DNA of 63,432 nucleotides, filler included, from Rhabdomonas costata (taxonomy: Eukaryota): assembly GCA_019059605.1 (NCBI GenBank). It is 43 parts of 43 records of this genome, joined end to end, with 100 filler letters (N's around TTAATTAATTAA, not from the genome) between each part and the next. Parts side by side here need not be neighbours in the genome. Positions count along the whole stretch, not along the records: positions 60,579 to 61,955 come from JAHMHO010017756.1; positions 62,056 to 63,432 come from JAHMHO010017757.1; 41 more parts are not named here. The stretch is one strand, 5' to 3'. This document shows positions 60,823 through 63,432 of this stretch, piece after piece. The position numbers were made by a program, and so were the translations under genes. The notes below the pieces were generated by a model that was given only the letters and a program-made list of their open reading frames with translations, was not told where the DNA came from and did no database searches. Each line of letters opens with the position of its first letter. Positions within the stretch are counted from its first letter, which is position 1.

Positions 60823-61925
60823 CTCCCCGGGCTCAGCGTAGCCGTGGGCCAGGTTGCACAGTACCCGTAGGAAGGCCGGCCATGCAGGCTTCGGGGGGTG
60901 TTGGCTAAGTGCTACTTGGTAGGCCATGTCGTAGGGAATGCCCGTCGGGGGCCCGACCACCAGAAGAGGGGCAAAGATGTTAGACCACAGCCCCACCACA
61001 CTTTCCGCAGTCGCCCTTTGGGACAACAACAGGCAGGGTATGGAGATAAAGTTTTGATCGACTCTGATTAAGATTGCCAACGCTTCGGAAGGCGGGGGAG
61101 ACGAGCATAGAGGGCAAAAGACAGACCGAAAACCAAGGTACGAGAGTTCCAAGGGAGTACCTGTCGACCCGAGCCATCCCGGACAAGGCGTTGGTTTCCA
61201 GTACCAGAAGGCTCTGCACGAACTCCTGCCGGCCGTCTGGGTCGTCACCGACGTCTAGCAGGTGGAACGCGAAGTCGGACGCCCACTTCAGCACTTCCAG
61301 CATCGTCGCCTTAGTGGTGACCTTTTCCTAGAAATAATGACGCGATTACAATTACGAAATGAAATTGGGGGTAGATGGGAAACCATATTCTTTTTTTTTT
61401 GCTTATTCACAGCGCAGAAATTCTGGCTCTTGCAAACCTAAACCTGAGATACACTAAAGAAAGACCAGCGAGGTTTTGCATAACAGAGTGAGTTCAAATA
61501 GGCGGACGGAGAAATTGCAGCGGAAGAGGGACTCACATACGCAAATACACCAGTACAATATAGCACACCTTTTACACGATGCGCCCCGATTGACATCTTC
61601 TGGTGGGGGTAGGGGCAGATGGGGTTGCAGTGACAACTGGGTACCATAATTCGCGAGACTCTTTCAGAGCCTGGCACTCATTCAAATTGCGGAACGCATC
61701 TCTGTTCATCACACAGAAGCAGACGAGAGGGAAGGGGAGGAGCGCAGCACAGGCCTTCCACGAGTCGGAGAATTCCTTCCCGATACGCTCCGCGTTTCGA
61801 ATGGCGAACCAGGCAGCACAGAAGTACGGCGACTCCTCCACCTCTGCCGCCCCCTGCGCAGCCATTCCATCCACCACAGGTTTATCATCAAGCCATTGCA
61901 TCCAATTGGCACGGGAGATATTTTG
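60823..61925 (-). CDS. Three-exon hypothetical protein fragment
   Basis: GC3-rich blocks (EVEESPYFCAAWF..SWK; VTTKATMLEVLKW...RVDR; ATAESVVGLWSNIF...PGE) with frame-consistent GC/GT donors and AAAG acceptors. Confidence 0.55.
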
Positions 61926-63161
61926 CCTGGGTAAGCCTCCAAATCCCACCACCCCNNNNNNNNNNNNNNNNNNNNNNNNNNNNNNNNNNNNNNNNNNNNT
62001 TAATTAATTAANNNNNNNNNNNNNNNNNNNNNNNNNNNNNNNNNNNNNNNNNNNNTTTGTGGGGGAGCGCATTTGGTAAAGCGCCATCCTTTCTTCCTCG
62101 TGCACCTCGGCTACAAGTTAATTCCAAGGCACGATTGGTAGCACAATAAAATCCCTGATCGTGCAACAGAAAGGGAAACAGTCATCGGACTGCTTTCAGT
62201 GTCCGGTGTGACTTTTCACAGAAAGGGGCCGGAAACACCTGGCAGAATCCAGAAGGCACGCAGCGCGACACTGGCGGGTCCATCAAAGGCGGGGATTAGT
62301 GCGGCAGCACTGCAGGTCCAACACCGCAATGGACGAGCTAAACCGGCTGCAACTGTACTGCACTCCCGCAATCCCAGCACGCCATGCAAATGCGAGCGTC
62401 TTTTTCACGGATCCCAAGAGGGCTGGATTAACCCCACGCCGTCTCTCAGGAAAAGGGTGTCCTCCACCAGCACAGCCTGCGGGGCTTTCTGGTGATCCGT
62501 AACAAAACGAAACGCCTCGGCGACCGAGCTGACCCGAGCCCCGCCGGGGGCGAGCCGGACGTCCACACTGAGCAGCACTGACGGAACCCCTGCGGCGGCC
62601 CCGAAGGCGTGCAGCAGGTCCCACAGCCACCGATCCAGTTGCGGTCTTACTGGATGCACCACTGCGCATGCTGGCCCGAGACCCGGAAGGTTTGCTTGGA
62701 CGCTTCTTCGGAGAGCACCTGGGAATAAACAAAACGAAGCCGCCACTTTTCACAGGCTTTTCTGAGCTCATGCTGCATTGAGCAACGGGGCGAAAGAGCG
62801 GGTGAATAAGACGCTGGAAGTGATGAAATGGAAAGGTCGTAAGGTAAGGTAATTTTACATGTTTGCCGGTGCCACCCAAAAAGTTAGAGGTGAAAAGGTG
62901 TCAACAAAAAGTCGAGATTTGGACGTGCAAGGGGTTTAAAGATAGCAAACAAAAAAGTCTTACATCTTGCATAATGTCAACATTGTTGCTTCTTCTACAC
63001 TCGAAGCACCTCAGTCCAGGTTACTGTTTCTCAAGTATTCCGATGTTCTTCAAGTAACCGCGTCAACCGGTGCACGATTTGGATGGCACCTCTACACAGG
63101 GGATAACCTTGGAATACACTCCTGTGCGTGGCACCTGCGAATGCAGTATCAGCAGATACAC

Positions 63162-63332
63162 CAAGGCCCACTCCATCCGCGGTGATGTTCCGCAGTGAAT
63201 CGCAGTGCTCGAACCATTGCGGGACCCCCTCCGCCAGGGAAACCACGGGCAGCTTCCGGATTACGGGATGCTGCCCGTGGTTTCCCTGGCGGAGGGGGTC
63301 CCGTAATCCGGAAGCTGGGCCAATTCCCTCGC
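63162..63332 (-). CDS. Hypothetical exon interrupted by a 44-nt inverted-duplication insert
   Basis: After GGCAG the frame reads ARELAQLPDYG and resumes LPVVSLAEGVPQWFEHCDSLRNITADG only if the insert is resolved. Confidence 0.5.
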
Positions 63333-63432
63333 CTGCCGCACAGTTCGTGGGTTCACAAGGGCCGCCAAAAGACCCCGCCGACCTAGCGGACTGCCCACGG
63401 TTATGGCCTGCCGTCCGCGAACAACAAAACAC

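Noticed and set aside
1379-62055. Regularly spaced identical TTAATTAATTAA repeats resembling a CRISPR-like or nanochromosome-like organisation
   Set aside because: They sit inside N runs of fixed length and are an artificial six-frame-stop linker; spacing reflects length-sorted contigs
1-63432. Apparent clustering of iron/heme, ubiquitin or signalling genes as a system
   Set aside because: The genes lie on separate contigs joined arbitrarily, so neighbourhood is uninformative
1-63432. Alternative genetic code, rRNA, spliced-leader RNA gene, snoRNA clusters
   Set aside because: Conserved exons have no in-frame stops and TAA, TAG and TGA all end genes; no rRNA, spliced-leader or convincing C/D box pairs were recognised by eye (an Infernal/Rfam scan would be decisive)

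Overview
This window is not a contiguous locus. It is an artificial pseudo-scaffold of 43 unrelated contigs of about 1.38 kb, joined by 42 identical 100-nt linkers (N44-TTAATTAATTAA-N44, stops in all six frames), so adjacency across linkers carries no biological meaning. The contigs come from an intron-rich eukaryotic nuclear genome that uses the standard genetic code. My inference is a euglenozoan, most likely a euglenid. The basis is degenerate GTNYGY-like splice donors, AG acceptors that often lack polypyrimidine tracts, RPS2 and adenylate-cyclase-like motifs, and candidate hairpin introns without GT-AG ends. Spliced gene fragments recognised by motif include RPS2, uroporphyrinogen decarboxylase, a hemerythrin domain, a catalytically dead E2 variant, a USP deubiquitinase, an MgtA-type Mg2+ ATPase, VIT1/CCC1, an ASM/Ppn1-like metallophosphoesterase, an FCP1-like phosphatase, a fucosyltransferase, tandem receiver domains, GST theta, a GH2 beta-mannosidase, an Oxa1/Cox18-like insertase, a dual-specificity phosphatase, an SF1 helicase, FOXRED1, and LRR and Ig-like surface proteins. 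The most notable observations are: (i) candidate non-conventional stem-loop introns; (ii) an interlocked inverted-repeat rearrangement that frameshifts an exon; (iii) a diverged repeat family present in three independent contigs; (iv) fold-back hairpins at contig ends, probably whole-genome-amplification chimeras. No multi-gene novel system can be supported from this window. All product calls rest on motif recognition, not database searches.
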